A stretch of DNA of 64,000 nucleotides from an uncultured Nitrososphaerota archaeon (GCA_964634735.1 CAZWMA010000002.1:5652-69651), one strand, 5' to 3'; shown: positions 1-10,099, counted from the first letter of the stretch. Numbers and translations are program-made. The notes: generated from the letters alone by a model not told the origin.

Positions 1-88
1 GGTCTCGGCAAGGCTGCCGGCAGCTAGGGCAGGATCCATAGTTGAGCTCGACGGCAAAGTTTACCGGATTACGGGGTTCGACAGGGGC

Positions 89-394
89 ATGGCGATCGTT
101 GAGGACCTGGTGGAGGGCAGGAGCGGGCGCGTCCTGAGGAGGGACATGGACATGGCCAAGTTGGTCAAGGACGACGAGATAAGGCGAGTCAGGCTAGACT
201 CGAAGGCGCCGGGGTGCGGAATTTTCTACGATGTGAAGGGGAACAGGTTCTTCGAGGCGCTATCCGGAGCGTTCCAAAATAGCATGCAAGAGGGCGATTC
301 CGGTTTCATGGTTACGATCGGCGGTTTGGACAGGATATTCCCAGACAGGAAGGAGAAGGGCAAGGAGAAGGGGATAGAGAGCAGAAAAGACTGA
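89..394 (+). CDS. hypothetical protein (possibly the C-terminal part of a gene that starts before the window)
   Basis: ORF in the six-frame track; no recognisable motif; the reading frame stays open to the window edge. Confidence 0.3.
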   Translation: MAIVEDLVEGRSGRVLRRDMDMAKLVKDDEIRRVRLDSKAPGCGIFYDVKGNRFFEALSGAFQNSMQEGDSGFMVTIGGLDRIFPDRKEKGKEKGIESRKD

Positions 395-437
395 GTGCGC
401 CTGCGGTTGAATGGGCGCTATGAAGCAGAGTGATGGT

Positions 438-528
438 GGCGGGCCCGTCGGGATTTGAACCCGAGGCTAACGGGTATCTCCGATTGATCTTAAAAGCCCG
501 CTGCTCTACCGTACTGAGCTACGGGCCC
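438..528 (-). tRNA. tRNA-Lys(TTT) with a ~15-nt intron at the canonical 37/38 position, CCA encoded
   Basis: Cloverleaf read by eye on the reverse complement: acceptor GGGCCCG/CGGGCCC, D-arm GCTC..GAGC, anticodon loop CTTTTAA, T-arm TCGGG-TTCAAAT-CCCGA; about 15 extra nt sit between the loop and the 3' anticodon stem. Confidence 0.75.
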
Positions 529-644
529 ACGACCGAATTAACCCGAGCCAAAACTTCCTATTAATGTTAACGCCTTCTTGCGGATGGTCGCCGGGAGATG
601 CTTTTATAGAGGCGGCGGGTGAACCATATTTCAAGAAGGATGCG

Positions 645-1934
645 ATGATAATGAAGTTCGGCAAGCCCAGAGGCACCAGAGACTTTCTCCCGGATGAGAT
701 GAGGGTTAGGAGGGTCATCCTCGACTCGATAAGGAAGGCGTTCGAGATGCACGGATTCGAGGAGATGGACACCCCGGCAATCGAGCTGTGGGAGGTCCTC
801 GCGACCAAGGGTGGGGACGAGGTAGAGAGGCAGATCTACAAGTTCCAGGACAAGGGCGAGAGGTGGCTGGGGCTGAGGTTCGACCTGACGGTCCCCCTTG
901 CGAGGGTCGTCGCGAACACGCCGGACTTGACAAAGCCGTTCAAGAGGTTCAATATATCAAAGGTCTGGAGATACGAAGAGCCGCAGAGCGGCAGGTTTAG
1001 GGAGTTCGTCCAAGCCGACATCGACATCGTGGGCGCTGCAAAGGTCGAGGCAGACCTAGAGTGCGTCTCCACGGCTGTTGATGCGCTCAGGGCGCTCGGT
1101 CTGGGCGACTTCGAGGTGAGGCTCAACGACAGGAAGATACTGGACGGGATGGTTGAGGGGCTAGGCATGGGCGCCGAGGGGAAAGCCAAGGTCTTCCGCT
1201 CGCTGGACCGGATAGACAAGGTCGGCGAGGACGGCGTAACCAAGGAGCTGACCGCGATGGGCGTGCCGGAGGATAAGGTCGCAAAGATACTCGAGTTCAC
1301 GCACTTCAAGGGGCAGGGCGCTGTCGACTACGTCGCCAAGGAGCTATCTTCGTCTAAGTCTGCGATGGAGGGCGTCGAGGAGCTGAAGAGGATAGAGGCG
1401 CTGTCAGAGGCGTTCGGGCTCGGGGGCACGATGCGGATTGACTTCAGCCTCGTACGCGGCTTGGACTACTACACAGGGCCCGTCTTCGAGATAAAGACCA
1501 AGACCGCCCAGATAGGAAGCATAGGAGGGGGCGGCAGGTATGACGGTCTTGTCGAGAAGTTTGGGGGACCGCCAACGCCAGCCACGGGCATATCGCTTGG
1601 GGTCGAGAGGCTGTACGAGGTCCTCATGGAGAAGATCAAGGCTGGAGGCGCCAAGTCGGGCGCGGCGGTCTTCGTTGCCAGCGTGAACGACTCGGTGGCT
1701 GCGGAGGCGGTAAAGATCAGCAGGGAACTTGTGAGGATGGGGGTCCCAGCAGAGCCGGACATCATGGGCAGGAAGCTCGGGCGCCAGCTGGAGTACGCCG
1801 AGAAGAAGGGAATGCCTTACGTGCTTGTGGTTGGACCGGAAGAGGTAAAGTCAGGTAAGTTCAAGCTACGGAAGATGGCGGAGAAGCGGGAGGTCCTGAC
1901 GGACCTTCAGGGCATACCAGCGATCGTGAAGTAG
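645..1934 (+). CDS. hisS: histidyl-tRNA synthetase
   Basis: N-terminal KPRGTRDFLP motif and class II aaRS/HisRS-like sequence along the full length; start taken at the ATG at 645 rather than the longer ORF. Confidence 0.9.
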   Translation: MIMKFGKPRGTRDFLPDEMRVRRVILDSIRKAFEMHGFEEMDTPAIELWEVLATKGGDEVERQIYKFQDKGERWLGLRFDLTVPLARVVANTPDLTKPFKRFNISKVWRYEEPQSGRFREFVQADIDIVGAAKVEADLECVSTAVDALRALGLGDFEVRLNDRKILDGMVEGLGMGAEGKAKVFRSLDRIDKVGEDGVTKELTAMGVPEDKVAKILEFTHFKGQGAVDYVAKELSSSKSAMEGVEELKRIEALSEAFGLGGTMRIDFSLVRGLDYYTGPVFEIKTKTAQIGSIGGGGRYDGLVEKFGGPPTPATGISLGVERLYEVLMEKIKAGGAKSGAAVFVASVNDSVAAEAVKISRELVRMGVPAEPDIMGRKLGRQLEYAEKKGMPYVLVVGPEEVKSGKFKLRKMAEKREVLTDLQGIPAIVK

Positions 1935-1942
1935 CGTATTTC

Positions 1943-2761
1943 TTAGAGGAGACCGCCGAGAAGGAATGCTACGAGGGCGAGGACCATCCAGTAGCGCGCC
2001 TGGGTCTTTACCTTCAGGGCATTCGCCTTGTTGTGCACCTTCAGTATGCTGGCAGCAGAGTAGCAGAAGCCGATGTCCACAGCTATAACGATGAGCACGT
2101 AAGCGACCCCTATACTGCCGTAGAGGTATGGGAGAGGCGTCAGGAGGACTGGCAGGATGTAGAAGAAGGCAGCTACACCTGCGGCGAAGCGCGGTCCTTT
2201 GGAGAGGGCCACCGTCCTTATGTTCTTGACCTTATCCCCCTCCATGTCGGCAATGCCTTTTGTGACCTCCCGGCCGATGTTTGCGAGGAACGCCAGCAAG
2301 AAGAAGACGGCGACCAGCATGTCGATGTACCCAACAACGACTATTCCTCCGAAGAGGAAAGGCATTGCCACGCAGAACGCCACCATCGAGTTGCCCAAGA
2401 GGCCGGTCTGCTTTCCGCGGATATTGTAGAAGTAGGAGCACGCGAATGTGAGCGCGGCTACCGCGATGGCGTAGTACGACAGCGGTATCGACGCGGCTAC
2501 GCCGAGAGCCCCGGTCAGGGCAGCCATCAGGATTGCAGCCCGCCTGGAGACGAGCCCGGATGGGAGGGGGCGCTCAGGCGCGTTGATCCGGTCGATATCC
2601 AGGTCCACGATATCGTTGATGATCATTGCGGATGCGGTCAGCAGCGAGGCTACTGCGAATCCGAGCGCCATCTGAAACATGGAGGGGATGCCGGCAAGTA
2701 TGGCAATCTCCCCTATGATGACGGCAGCGCCCATCATTACGCAGTTGACAGGGCGTGCCAT
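1943..2761 (-). CDS. UbiA-family prenyltransferase, probably digeranylgeranylglyceryl phosphate (DGGGP) synthase
   Basis: Multi-TM protein with an Asp-rich NDxxDxxxD-like motif (IINDIVDLDIDRINAPERP); start moved to the internal Met (MARPVNC) to avoid overlap with endA. Confidence 0.75.
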   Translation of the reverse strand: MARPVNCVMMGAAVIIGEIAILAGIPSMFQMALGFAVASLLTASAMIINDIVDLDIDRINAPERPLPSGLVSRRAAILMAALTGALGVAASIPLSYYAIAVAALTFACSYFYNIRGKQTGLLGNSMVAFCVAMPFLFGGIVVVGYIDMLVAVFFLLAFLANIGREVTKGIADMEGDKVKNIRTVALSKGPRFAAGVAAFFYILPVLLTPLPYLYGSIGVAYVLIVIAVDIGFCYSAASILKVHNKANALKVKTQARYWMVLALVAFLLGGLL

Positions 2762-2780
2762 CCTAAGGACTGCGCCAAGC

Positions 2781-3317
2781 TTAGAAGTCGATCTCTGAGG
2801 CGTCATAGTAGGTTATCTCACCCTGTCGGTCCGTCACGGCGAATATGAGGTCCTTCTTTGACAGCTTGGCAGACGAGGAGGCTGCGGCGATCTCGTTGAG
2901 AGATACAGGCTTCCCCTCGAGGAGCCCGTAGACGAGGTACTTGGCGGGCTCCTTCCCGATCTCAGCGCCGCGCCGGTAAACCCTGTACTCCAGCTTCGGC
3001 CCGAACCCCGGCTTTACCACGTACCCCCGCTTCCGGAGGTCCGAGTATAGCAGGTAGCGCATCCAGAGGTCTGGGTCTTCCTTGGAGACGTGCCTCAAGA
3101 AGGTTTCCATTGTGAAGACCTGGCCTTCCGCATCGGCAAGGGAAATCTTGTCCTTCTCGAGCAGGTACATTATCTCTACGTCGGATAGCGTCAGCACGCC
3201 CTTCTCCATCTCCCCGAAGGTCCCCTGCTGGTGCGTTCGGTCCGCATCAGGACCATTCATGGTCGCAGACCGTCCATTGAAAAGCGCCTTTGGGGGGGTA
3301 TCGGACATCCTGACCAA
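2781..3317 (-). CDS. endA: tRNA-splicing endonuclease EndA
   Basis: About 178 aa with the RKRGYVVKPG segment typical of the archaeal tRNA intron endonuclease catalytic subunit. Confidence 0.7.
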   Translation of the reverse strand: MVRMSDTPPKALFNGRSATMNGPDADRTHQQGTFGEMEKGVLTLSDVEIMYLLEKDKISLADAEGQVFTMETFLRHVSKEDPDLWMRYLLYSDLRKRGYVVKPGFGPKLEYRVYRRGAEIGKEPAKYLVYGLLEGKPVSLNEIAAASSSAKLSKKDLIFAVTDRQGEITYYDASEIDF

Positions 3318-3349
3318 CCTTTATCTCTAAGTTGGGGGCTGGTTAATAA

Positions 3350-3851
3350 TATGCCCTTCGAAGAGGACCTCAGCGCATTCCTCAAAGGATGCCGGCGCCT
3401 GATGCTCGTTGGGGTGGGCAGCCGACTAAGGAAGGATGATGCGGCGGGTGTAGCGGTGCTCTCGAAACTCAAGGGCAGGGTCCCGAGTTCAGCGAAGATA
3501 TTGGATTGTGGAACCGTTCCGGAGAATTTTTCTCTCGATATGAAGCGGTACCAGCCAACGCACATGGTATTCTTCGATGCTGTCGAGATGGGCGCCAGTC
3601 CCGGGGAGCGGGCGCTCATAGAGGAGGAGGAGATGATTGCCCAGTCGTTCTCGACGCACAAGCAGTCTGTCAAGGTGCTGTTCATGGTGCTCAGGGAAGG
3701 CATACCCGGAGTCAGGATAGTTCTGGCGGGGATACAGCCGAAGACGACCGAGTTTGGCAGGGGGATCAGCAGGCCCGTTGCGAGGGGAATCAACATGCTG
3801 GCGGACGAGGTAGCCAATGCGATAAGGTGTTCATGCGATGAGGACAATTGA
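3350..3851 (+). CDS. hydrogenase maturation protease-like protein (HycI/FrhD family)
   Basis: LMLVGVGSRLRKDDAAGVAV...DCGTVPENF...HMVFFDAVEM pattern of Ni-Fe hydrogenase maturation endopeptidases; start at the internal ATG. Confidence 0.55.
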
Positions 3852-4854
3852 GTGGAAGGACGGGGCGGTCCATATAATAGACCAGACCAAGCTGCCAGGG
3901 GAGCTGAGGATGATAAGGTGCGACGACCACGAGAGGCTGGCCAGGGCAATCGAGATGATGGAGGTAAGGGGAGCGCCCGCGCTCGGGGTTGCCGCAGCCA
4001 TGGGGATAGCCTTGGCGGGCAAGAACAGCAGGGCAAAGACCATCAAGGGTTTGGAGTCGGACTTGGAGCGCGCTGCCAAGCGCATAGGCAGGACCAGGCC
4101 CACCGCGAAGAACCTATTCTGGGGATTGGACATGATGAAGGCGGTCTGGAGGTCGGGGAAGGACCCTGCGGCGGTCAGGCAGGCGCTTGTCGATGAGGCG
4201 AACAGGATAGCGGACGACGACGTCCGGAGGTGCAGGGCTATCGGCGCCTTTGGGGCGGAGCTCATAGACGACGGGGACGGGGTGATGACGCACTGCAATG
4301 CCGGCGCGCTGGCGTGCGTTGAGCACGGGACCGCGCTCGGGGTGATAAGGAGCGCCGTGCAGGCGGGCAAGAAGATCATGGTTTATGCATGCGAGACGAG
4401 GCCCCTGCTCCAGGGAGCAAGGCTCACAGCGTTCGAGCTGAAGAGTGAGGGCATACCGTTCAGGCTCATCACTGATGGCATGTCGGCTTCGGTCATGCAG
4501 AGGGGGTTTGTGAAGAAGGTCGTGGTCGGGGCGGACAGGATAACGCGGAGGGGGGATGTCGTCAATAAGGTTGGGACGTGCGGGCACGCCATAATAGCTC
4601 GCAGGTACGGCATACCGTTCTATGTTGCGGCGCCCCTCTCGACAATCGATCTCGAGGTCGATGGTCCGAAGATAGAGATCGAGGAGCGCGCTGCGAGCGA
4701 GGTAACTAGTTTGGGAGGGGTAAGGACCGCTCCGGAGGGAACGAAGGCATTGAACCCTGCGTTCGACCTGACGCCCAGCGACCTCGTGACTGCCATAATC
4801 ACGGAGAAGGGGGTATTCAGGCCCCCGTACGACCTCTCAGTCCCTTTCAGGTAG
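3838..4854 (+). CDS. eIF-2B alpha/beta/delta family protein (ribose-1,5-bisphosphate isomerase / MtnA-like)
   Basis: N-terminal sequence (WKDGAVHIIDQTKLP...) and a GAPALGVAAA-type motif conserved across the e2b2 family. Confidence 0.8.
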   Translation: MRTIEWKDGAVHIIDQTKLPGELRMIRCDDHERLARAIEMMEVRGAPALGVAAAMGIALAGKNSRAKTIKGLESDLERAAKRIGRTRPTAKNLFWGLDMMKAVWRSGKDPAAVRQALVDEANRIADDDVRRCRAIGAFGAELIDDGDGVMTHCNAGALACVEHGTALGVIRSAVQAGKKIMVYACETRPLLQGARLTAFELKSEGIPFRLITDGMSASVMQRGFVKKVVVGADRITRRGDVVNKVGTCGHAIIARRYGIPFYVAAPLSTIDLEVDGPKIEIEERAASEVTSLGGVRTAPEGTKALNPAFDLTPSDLVTAIITEKGVFRPPYDLSVPFR

Positions 4855-5574
4855 TGTCACAATCGAGTAGATAGGGAAATCCGAGGAGTCGTCAATCTCC
4901 TTCTTCCATCGGTCTCCGACAGCAATCAGGACGAAGACTGCTGAGATCTCAGCCCCGCTCTTCCTGACCAGATTAACGAGCGCCTTTAGCTGCTCGCCGG
5001 ACCTGACTACATCATCGGTTATCAGGACGCTGTCCTTCTTGTCGAGCATGCCCTTCGGCACATAGAGCGAGACCTGAATTCCAGCCCTTGAGACAGTATA
5101 GGTCTCCTCGAGGAAGTTGGAGACGCCAATCTCCTTGTCCTTTTTGGCATAGAGGAACGGGACACCGAAGGAGTCGGCAATGTGCACCGCCAACGGGATG
5201 CCGTCCACAGCCACGGTCAAGACCTTGCTCACCCGCCTCCCGGCAAGCTTCTGAACGACGTGGTTTGCGATGAACCTGAGAAGGAGCGTGTCGCCGACGA
5301 TCTTCGTGTTATCCAGGAATCCGCCTTTGTCGAAGGCGAGCTTGTCAATTATGTGCCTCGTGACGTCGTAGCCTTTCTCGAGCTTCTCCAGGATTACGGT
5401 GGCGCGCTCCGGGCTAGGGAGTATGTGCCCCTTGACATACCTGTTCAGCACGGTGATAGGTATCCCTGTTAGCTGCATCAGCTCTTGGTAGCTGCAGTCG
5501 CTTTTGGTAAGGCGAAGGAACTCGACTGCCCTGATCTGGGTCTTGAGATATTCATACCTAGTCTCCTCTCCCAA
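4837..5574 (-). CDS. HTH domain fused to a phosphoribosyltransferase domain (PyrE-like/GfcR-like transcriptional regulator)
   Basis: N-terminal winged-HTH-like region followed by a PRTase fold motif (VLITDDVVRSGEQL). Confidence 0.6.
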   Translation of the reverse strand: MGEETRYEYLKTQIRAVEFLRLTKSDCSYQELMQLTGIPITVLNRYVKGHILPSPERATVILEKLEKGYDVTRHIIDKLAFDKGGFLDNTKIVGDTLLLRFIANHVVQKLAGRRVSKVLTVAVDGIPLAVHIADSFGVPFLYAKKDKEIGVSNFLEETYTVSRAGIQVSLYVPKGMLDKKDSVLITDDVVRSGEQLKALVNLVRKSGAEISAVFVLIAVGDRWKKEIDDSSDFPIYSIVTLPERD

Positions 5575-5629
5575 AATAACATCTCTCCATTATCCATATC
5601 AGTTTAGGAGGACGGCTTATATTAATTTT

Positions 5630-6082
5630 TTACATGCCTGATGCAAAATCCCGGCGGCTGACCACTGTCCCCGAGCTATCCTGGTACTTGCCGGCGTACG
5701 GCTTCTTGGACGGGCTAATCAGCCTGTTGAAGACCATCTGCGCAACCCTCTCGCCCTTGCCGATCTTCACGGCATTCGGCCCGAGGTTGGCTATCCGGAG
5801 GGTAAGCTGCCCCCTGAAGCCGGGGTCGATCAGCGCAAAGCTGCCCACGAGCCCCTCCCTTGCGAACGATGAGCGTATGAACATCTGGGCGCACACTGAC
5901 GCGGGGAGCTCGACCCTCTCCACGGTGTGTATGAGAGCGCTGCAGCCCGGGACGATGGACACTTCGTCGGCGCACCGGAGGTCGTAACCTGAGGACGACA
6001 GTGACGATTCCGCAAATGGCGATATCGAAATCTCGCCCGATGCAAGAGCGGAGGCCAGATCGGTGTCGGAATACACGGACAT
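5630..6082 (-). CDS. dcd: dCTP deaminase / dUTPase-superfamily protein
   Basis: GYDLR...IDPGFRGQLTL...GERVAQMVF motifs; start ATG lies 8 nt after the stop of the upstream gene. Confidence 0.75.
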   Translation of the reverse strand: MSVYSDTDLASALASGEISISPFAESSLSSSGYDLRCADEVSIVPGCSALIHTVERVELPASVCAQMFIRSSFAREGLVGSFALIDPGFRGQLTLRIANLGPNAVKIGKGERVAQMVFNRLISPSKKPYAGKYQDSSGTVVSRRDFASGM

Positions 6083-6090
6083 CTCGTGGC

Positions 6091-6513
6091 TCACTCCATG
6101 TCCAGCTCGTACGGGACAGTCACGCCGCTCTCCTCCAGCTTCTTGCTGTACTTCCGCACAAGGGGTGCAGGAGTGGGCGCAAGCACTATCTCGCAGAAGA
6201 TGTCGGTAATGCCCCTCAGGAGGTGCCCCACCCATGCGCCATCTTCATTGCCGACCGACGCGTGGATGTGGACGAACGGCTCTCCGTTGTAGTAGGAGAT
6301 GTTACCGTTGCCAACAGCCTCAACATGGTTGGTTATATCCCGCTCAAGCCCCTTCCGGAGGATGAGCCGCCCTCCTTTCAGAGCCCCCACGAAGGACACG
6401 ATTACCGCGGAGCGGATTTTCTCATCATTTACTACCTGAGATAGAGAGGAGACTACCTCTTCGTCCGGATCAAGGCGGACGACAAGGTAACTGCCGGCGC
6501 GCATCTTTTTCAT
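6091..6513 (-). CDS. PPC/DUF296-like DNA-binding domain protein
   Basis: 140-aa protein with a PPC-domain-like composition; weak assignment. Confidence 0.4.
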   Translation of the reverse strand: MKKMRAGSYLVVRLDPDEEVVSSLSQVVNDEKIRSAVIVSFVGALKGGRLILRKGLERDITNHVEAVGNGNISYYNGEPFVHIHASVGNEDGAWVGHLLRGITDIFCEIVLAPTPAPLVRKYSKKLEESGVTVPYELDME

Positions 6514-6710
6514 GAAAAAACCTCAGATATAATATTCACAAGCCCTTAAAAAAGAGCTCGATTTATCACGGACTATGATGAATGATATACCTTAAAAATT
6601 ATAAATTGATGGGAAATATGACGAAAGTTTAAATAAGATGGTAAAAGTATCACATAAACCTACTACATCAGTCTGATGTTATAACTTATCATAATGGAGG
6701 TATAAAAAAA

Positions 6711-8162
6711 ATGGTTGAGATCCTGAAAAACTACATCAATGGCGAGTGGGCCGAATCCAGCAGCACGCAGCTGCAGGACGTAGTAAACCCAGCAACCCTT
6801 GAGCTCTTGGCAAAAGTCCCGAGGACAACGAAGGAAGAGGTCGAGGAAGCAATAAAGTCGTCAAAGGATGCTTTCTGGGAATGGCGCTGCACCCCTCCAG
6901 CAGTGAGGGCAAGCTACATGTTCGAGTTCAGGAATAGATTGGTCGAGCGCTTCGAGGAGATAGCTCAGATCATCGTCAAGGAACACGGCAAGACATTGGA
7001 CGAGGCAAGGGGCGACGTCAAGAGAGGCATCGAGGCAGTCGAGTTCGCTACCAATATCCCAACTCACATGATGGGGGGGATGGAGGAGGATGTCGCAAAA
7101 GGCATAGACGAGTCGTTTGTCAAGGAGCCGCTCGGCGTATGCGCGGGGCTCACCCCGTACAACTTCCCTGCGATGATACCGCTCTGGTTCATGCCAAACG
7201 CGATAGCATGCGGCAACACGTTCATATTCAAGCCTGCAAGCTCGGTTCCGCTCACTGCAAAGGCAATAATCGAGGCTGCCGAGGAGGCAGGTTTCCCGCC
7301 AGGCGTAATCAACCTCATCTACGGCGGCAGGGAGGCGACCGATGCCATACTCTACAGCAAGGATGTTGAGGCAGTGTCATTCGTAGGTTCGTCTGAAGTT
7401 GCAGCTTCGATATACAACAAGGCAGCCCAGACCAACAAGAGAGCTTCTTGTCAAGGCCAGGCTAAGAATTTCATAGTGATAATGCCAGACACCAACCTTG
7501 ACGCGGCGATACCGGCGCTGATAACATCGGCTTGCGGCTGTGCAGGTCAGAGGTGCCTTGCCGGAGAGATCTTCATCGCGGTAGGCGATGTCTACGAGCA
7601 GCTGAAGGCCAAATTCATCGAGGCGGGCAAGAAACTGAAGATGGGGTACGGTCTTGACGCGGATACGCAGATGGGGCCGCTCGCTAACAAGGGCATGTAC
7701 GACCAAGTCATGAGCTACATCCAGTCGGGCATTGATGAGGGCGCGAAATTAACGCTGGATGGCAGGAACAAGAAGCCTGCGAAGTACCCCAACGGCTACT
7801 TCATTGGCCTGACGGTCTTCGAGAACGTGACCCCAAAGATGAAGATCTTCAAGGAGGAGATATTTGGGCCGGTCATATGCTTGGTTAAGGCGAAGACCCT
7901 CGATGAGGCGATAGCCATGGCGAACACCTCACAGTATGGGAACGCAGCGGCGATATTCACAAGCAGCGGCAAGAGCGCAAGGGAGTTCGCATACAAGATT
8001 GAGGCAGGTAACGTGGGCATCAACATCGGTGTTCCGGCGCCTGTCTTCTTCTTCCCGTTTTCGAGCTGGAAGAATTCGATGTACGGGGACTTGCATGCCC
8101 AAGCAGGCGAAGTGATAAACTTCTATACCCAGAACAAGACAATCATAACAAGGTGGCTATAG
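6711..8162 (+). CDS. mmsA: methylmalonate-semialdehyde dehydrogenase (aldehyde dehydrogenase family)
   Basis: YINGEW N-terminus, ALDH catalytic Cys region (ASCQGQ...QRC) and overall MmsA-like sequence. Confidence 0.8.
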   Translation: MVEILKNYINGEWAESSSTQLQDVVNPATLELLAKVPRTTKEEVEEAIKSSKDAFWEWRCTPPAVRASYMFEFRNRLVERFEEIAQIIVKEHGKTLDEARGDVKRGIEAVEFATNIPTHMMGGMEEDVAKGIDESFVKEPLGVCAGLTPYNFPAMIPLWFMPNAIACGNTFIFKPASSVPLTAKAIIEAAEEAGFPPGVINLIYGGREATDAILYSKDVEAVSFVGSSEVAASIYNKAAQTNKRASCQGQAKNFIVIMPDTNLDAAIPALITSACGCAGQRCLAGEIFIAVGDVYEQLKAKFIEAGKKLKMGYGLDADTQMGPLANKGMYDQVMSYIQSGIDEGAKLTLDGRNKKPAKYPNGYFIGLTVFENVTPKMKIFKEEIFGPVICLVKAKTLDEAIAMANTSQYGNAAAIFTSSGKSAREFAYKIEAGNVGINIGVPAPVFFFPFSSWKNSMYGDLHAQAGEVINFYTQNKTIITRWL

Positions 8163-8582
8163 GTGGAGTTAGGTACCTTCGGCGCGATCCTCAAGTATGC
8201 CATCGAGTCTGAGGACGCCGCCTCCATTTTTTATGCAAAGCTCGCTGAGAAGGCGGACGGTGAAGCCAAAGTGCAGCTCTCAGGGATGTCTGCAGCATCC
8301 AAGAAGACAAAGCTGACGCTGGAGAGGATAAGGAGGATGGAGCTCCAAGAGATGATCCTCGAGGCAATAACAGGGCTCGACACGGTCAATTACGACAGCA
8401 ATTACAAAGCCGATTGCAGCCTTAAGGAAGGGCTGAAGGGCGCGGTCACCATCGAGAAGAACGCCGCAAAGTTTTACGCTGACGCAGCCGCGAAGCTCGG
8501 ATTCCTCGGGAACACGAAGAACATACTCATAAAGATGGGCAAGGAAAGGACAGCGAGGGCAGCAAAGCTGCTTGCGCTTTAA
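8163..8582 (+). CDS. hypothetical protein, possibly ferritin-like
   Basis: GTG start overlapping the mmsA stop; all-helical, Glu/Ala-rich; no firm family call. Confidence 0.35.
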   Translation: MELGTFGAILKYAIESEDAASIFYAKLAEKADGEAKVQLSGMSAASKKTKLTLERIRRMELQEMILEAITGLDTVNYDSNYKADCSLKEGLKGAVTIEKNAAKFYADAAAKLGFLGNTKNILIKMGKERTARAAKLLAL

Positions 8583-8775
8583 CCGCCTTGCTTCCCATTT
8601 CTATTTTAGGTCTGCAGGACAAGTCTACGGTTTTTTCCATGAAATTGTAAATATGAAGCCAGTAACAAATCTATTGATAGATCAAGTGACTCAAAGGAGT
8701 CGCATACACATAGTATGCTGGAAAACACTATTAGTGACGTTTTACTAGTTTTGGCTGTTTCCAGGTGAACTGATA

Positions 8776-9528
8776 ATGGATCCGTGGAAATACTATGACA
8801 TCACTCATAAACGACACCAATTGTCTAATCCATTGAATACCGAGAAGTTTGAGCGACTCTGCCAACTCCTCCGATTGAAGCGAGGAGAGCGCGTCCTAGA
8901 CATAGCCTGTGGGAAAGGAGAGTTTCTCATCAGGCTGGCGGAGCTCTATGATATTGCAGGCGTAGGCATTGATATTTCTCCCTACTGCATTCAAGATAGC
9001 GAGGAAAAACGTAGGAAGCGAGTACCAAACTCGCACATTGAATTTGTGAAGATGGATGGGGCAGATTATAGACCTAAAGTCCCTTCTTCATTTGATCTGG
9101 CCCTTTGTATCGGAGCGAGTTGGGTGTACGGTGGTCATCGGGGGGCAATTCAAGCTTTGAAAGGAATGGTGAAGAAGGGAGGGCTAATTGTAGTCGGAGA
9201 ACCTTTCTGGTTGACGGAACCGAGTCAAGAGTACTTGGAGGTCGAAGGGATCAAAAAAGATGATTTTGGCACGCATTGTGACAATGTAAAAGTGGGGGAG
9301 GACGAAGGGCTAACCTGCCTTTACACGCTTGTGAGTGGCTACGATGATTGGGACCATTATGAGACACTTCAATGGTGGGCTATTGACGAGTATGTCAGAG
9401 CTCACCCCGACGACCCTGATATCCACGAGCTAGTAGAACGAAAGACGCGTGAGAAGAAGCGCTATCTCCAAGGCGGCAGGGAAACCATGGGATGGGCGGT
9501 ATATGTCTTCAGAAAGGGGGCGCGCTAG
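8776..9528 (+). CDS. class I SAM-dependent methyltransferase
   Basis: VLDIACGKGEF (motif I) and a downstream acidic motif; noticeably lower GC than its neighbours. Confidence 0.7.
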   Translation: MDPWKYYDITHKRHQLSNPLNTEKFERLCQLLRLKRGERVLDIACGKGEFLIRLAELYDIAGVGIDISPYCIQDSEEKRRKRVPNSHIEFVKMDGADYRPKVPSSFDLALCIGASWVYGGHRGAIQALKGMVKKGGLIVVGEPFWLTEPSQEYLEVEGIKKDDFGTHCDNVKVGEDEGLTCLYTLVSGYDDWDHYETLQWWAIDEYVRAHPDDPDIHELVERKTREKKRYLQGGRETMGWAVYVFRKGAR

Positions 9529-9903
9529 AAAACGGTCATGTGAGGACGGATTTCGGGAGACATCGCCACTTCTTGAGGGCTCAAATCCCAGCTTCCGATT
9601 CTCCTGCTTCGCCATGAAATTCCACCACTCATTGAAACGGCACTGATTCGCAGCCTGTTTGTCAAAAGAACTCTGAAATCAATTTAAACTAAATCTTAAA
9701 GGGTCTCCTTGACAAAGGAAGGTCTTTACAAGGAGCTAACGCGCGTAAACCCGAGAATAACAATTATGGGCGTTGAGGGCTGGACAAGTCTCACAAAGCA
9801 GATAGTGACCGCTCATTTTAGCTATCATAACTGAGAGCTTTGTAGAAGAGCTCGCCTTTTTCAGGCGCTTCGAATGGAGAGCAGTACCTCTTCCTACTTG
9901 GAA

Positions 9904-9981
9904 TGGTGGGGCTGCCCGGATTCGGACCGGGGTCACCAGGGCCCAAGCCTGGCAGTCTGGACCAAGCTAGCCTACAGCCCC
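9904..9981 (-). tRNA. tRNA-Pro(TGG)-like with a weak D-stem and CCA encoded; possibly an atypical gene or a pseudo-tRNA
   Basis: Reverse-complement cloverleaf: acceptor GGGGCTG/CAGCCCC, anticodon arm CCAGG-CTTGGGC-CCTGG, T-arm CCCGG-TCCGAAT-CCGGG. D-loop positions A14, R15, G18, G19 and A21 are present but the D-stem has wobbles and a mismatch. It lies in a 560-bp AT-rich gap. Confidence 0.5.
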
Positions 9982-10099
9982 AACGTAAGAATTGCAGCTT
10001 TCGCCAATTATTATAGGTATCGCTGCACCATTGGTCAATATTCACGGATTGATAAATAACCTTTATTTGACCTTATGATTTTATCATTACTGATTAGTA

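Noticed and set aside
2033-2848. 271-aa ORF on the plus strand
   Set aside because: It is antisense to the UbiA prenyltransferase gene and shows His/Arg/Asp-rich junk composition typical of the shadow frame of a GC-rich membrane protein gene.
3257-4036. 259-aa ORF on the minus strand
   Set aside because: It is antisense to the hydrogenase maturation protease and e2b2 genes, with Pro/Ser/Arg-rich low-complexity translation.
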